A stretch of 64,000 nucleotides of DNA. Source: a bacterium. GTDB taxonomy: Bacteria; Verrucomicrobiota; Kiritimatiellia; CAIKKV01; CAITUY01. Positions within the stretch are counted from its first letter, which is position 1. Each line of letters begins with the position of its first letter. The position numbers and the translations under genes are program-made. The notes beneath the pieces were generated by a model. That model was not told the origin of the DNA. It did not search any database and saw only the letters and a list, made by a program, of their open reading frames with translations. The DNA lies in contig JBAXPK010000009.1 in NCBI GenBank assembly GCA_037132275.1, positions 1,655-65,654 of the forward strand, read 5' to 3'. Positions 63,347-64,000 of this stretch are shown here, piece by piece.

Positions 63347-64000
63347 ACCCTGGGGTAATTACTCGCTGGCGCTGGGAGCGTCGGTGGAATGCCTGCGCGT
63401 CACGCCCTGGACCCGCACCTGCACCACGCCGGAAATCCTGCAATTGGGCGTGGAAGCCGCGCCGGAGTTCAGTTGCATTTCCTTCAAGGCCGCTACCGGG
63501 CATTTCATCAAGGCCGCCATGGAAGGGGTGGAATACGGCGTGATGGTCAACAGCCAGGGCACCTGCCGGTTGCGCTACTACCGCATGCTTCAACAGAAAC
63601 TGCTGAAGGAGCGCGGCTTCAACCTGTTTATCTTTGGCCTCGGCTACGATGGCTTCAAGCCACCGATCATCCGGTATTTCAATCCCACCGTCTCATCCTT
63701 TCTGCGCTGCTGCTTCCGGGCGCGGTTGAAAACCCTCACCATTGATGACCTGGAAGTGGCCGCCTGGACACGGCGGGCGGTAGAGTTGAATCCGGGCGAC
63801 ACGACGCGCGTGATGAATGTCTGCCTCAAGGATCTGGACCAGGCCCGGACGCTGCCCGAGATCAGGGCGTTCCGGAATTCCATCGCGGGGCGATTCCGCC
63901 ATGTCCCCGTGCACACCGGGCGGCGACCGCTTAAGATCGGCCTGATCGGCGAGGCCACGGTGTTGCGGGACCGGTGTATCAATCATGACCTCGAGGAAAC
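63327..64000 (+). CDS. Activase-related / 2-hydroxyacyl-CoA dehydratase-like protein, 3'-truncated by the window end
   Basis: Open frame from ATG 63327 to the window end. It is absent from the supplied ORF track because it has no stop. It reads MPSLAIEPWGNYSLALG..CISFKAATGHF..GTCRLRYY... It overlaps the upstream gene by 20 bp. Confidence 0.6.
   Translation, partial: MPSLAIEPWGNYSLALGASVECLRVTPWTRTCTTPEILQLGVEAAPEFSCISFKAATGHFIKAAMEGVEYGVMVNSQGTCRLRYYRMLQQKLLKERGFNLFIFGLGYDGFKPPIIRYFNPTVSSFLRCCFRARLKTLTIDDLEVAAWTRRAVELNPGDTTRVMNVCLKDLDQARTLPEIRAFRNSIAGRFRHVPVHTGRRPLKIGLIGEATVLRDRCINHDLEE

Overview
GC-rich bacterial chromosomal segment. All family calls come from motifs read by eye in the supplied translations; no homology search was run. 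The protein families (Ank/MORN, squalene-cyclase-repeat proteins, GspG-like domains, large TPR proteins) suggest a PVC-group organism such as Verrucomicrobiota or Kiritimatiellota, but this is inference only.

The backbone is ordinary housekeeping:
- trpB2, hisHF, tatD, lplT-aas, clpXP-tig-rho-coaE, purC, nrdR, serC
- tRNA-Arg, tsaD, ctp, rfbA, maf, mutL, tRNA-Ser, gmhB, glgP

The most unusual region is 22.6-26.7 kb, between rfbA and maf.
- It holds seven attC-like imperfect hairpin sites that separate single, co-oriented modules.
- The modules are five type II toxin-antitoxin pairs, one ORF-less structured unit and one tiny membrane protein.
- The core of each site is the exact complement of the inverse core of the next site, which is the footprint of integron cassette recombination.
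- No integrase is present in the window, so this is a CALIN-type array.
- One site is split exactly at its G|TT crossover point by a 114-bp hairpin-dense insertion.

Other candidates:
- An ExbB-ExbD-ExbD motor has a membrane-anchored alpha/alpha-toroid protein where tonB normally sits. It is surrounded by TPR proteins and a leaderless GspG-domain protein.
- An ECF-sigma/anti-sigma/CpxP-like/YHS module lies upstream of cusCBA, which is bracketed by two copies of a ~100-bp palindromic repeat.
- A (CCAGAAT)n palindromic element occurs at two loci.
- A translationally coupled smr-ygiD-adenylating enzyme-SufS-like operon is present.
- A CrtI-like flavoprotein is fused to a dehydratase-activase-related domain at the window end.
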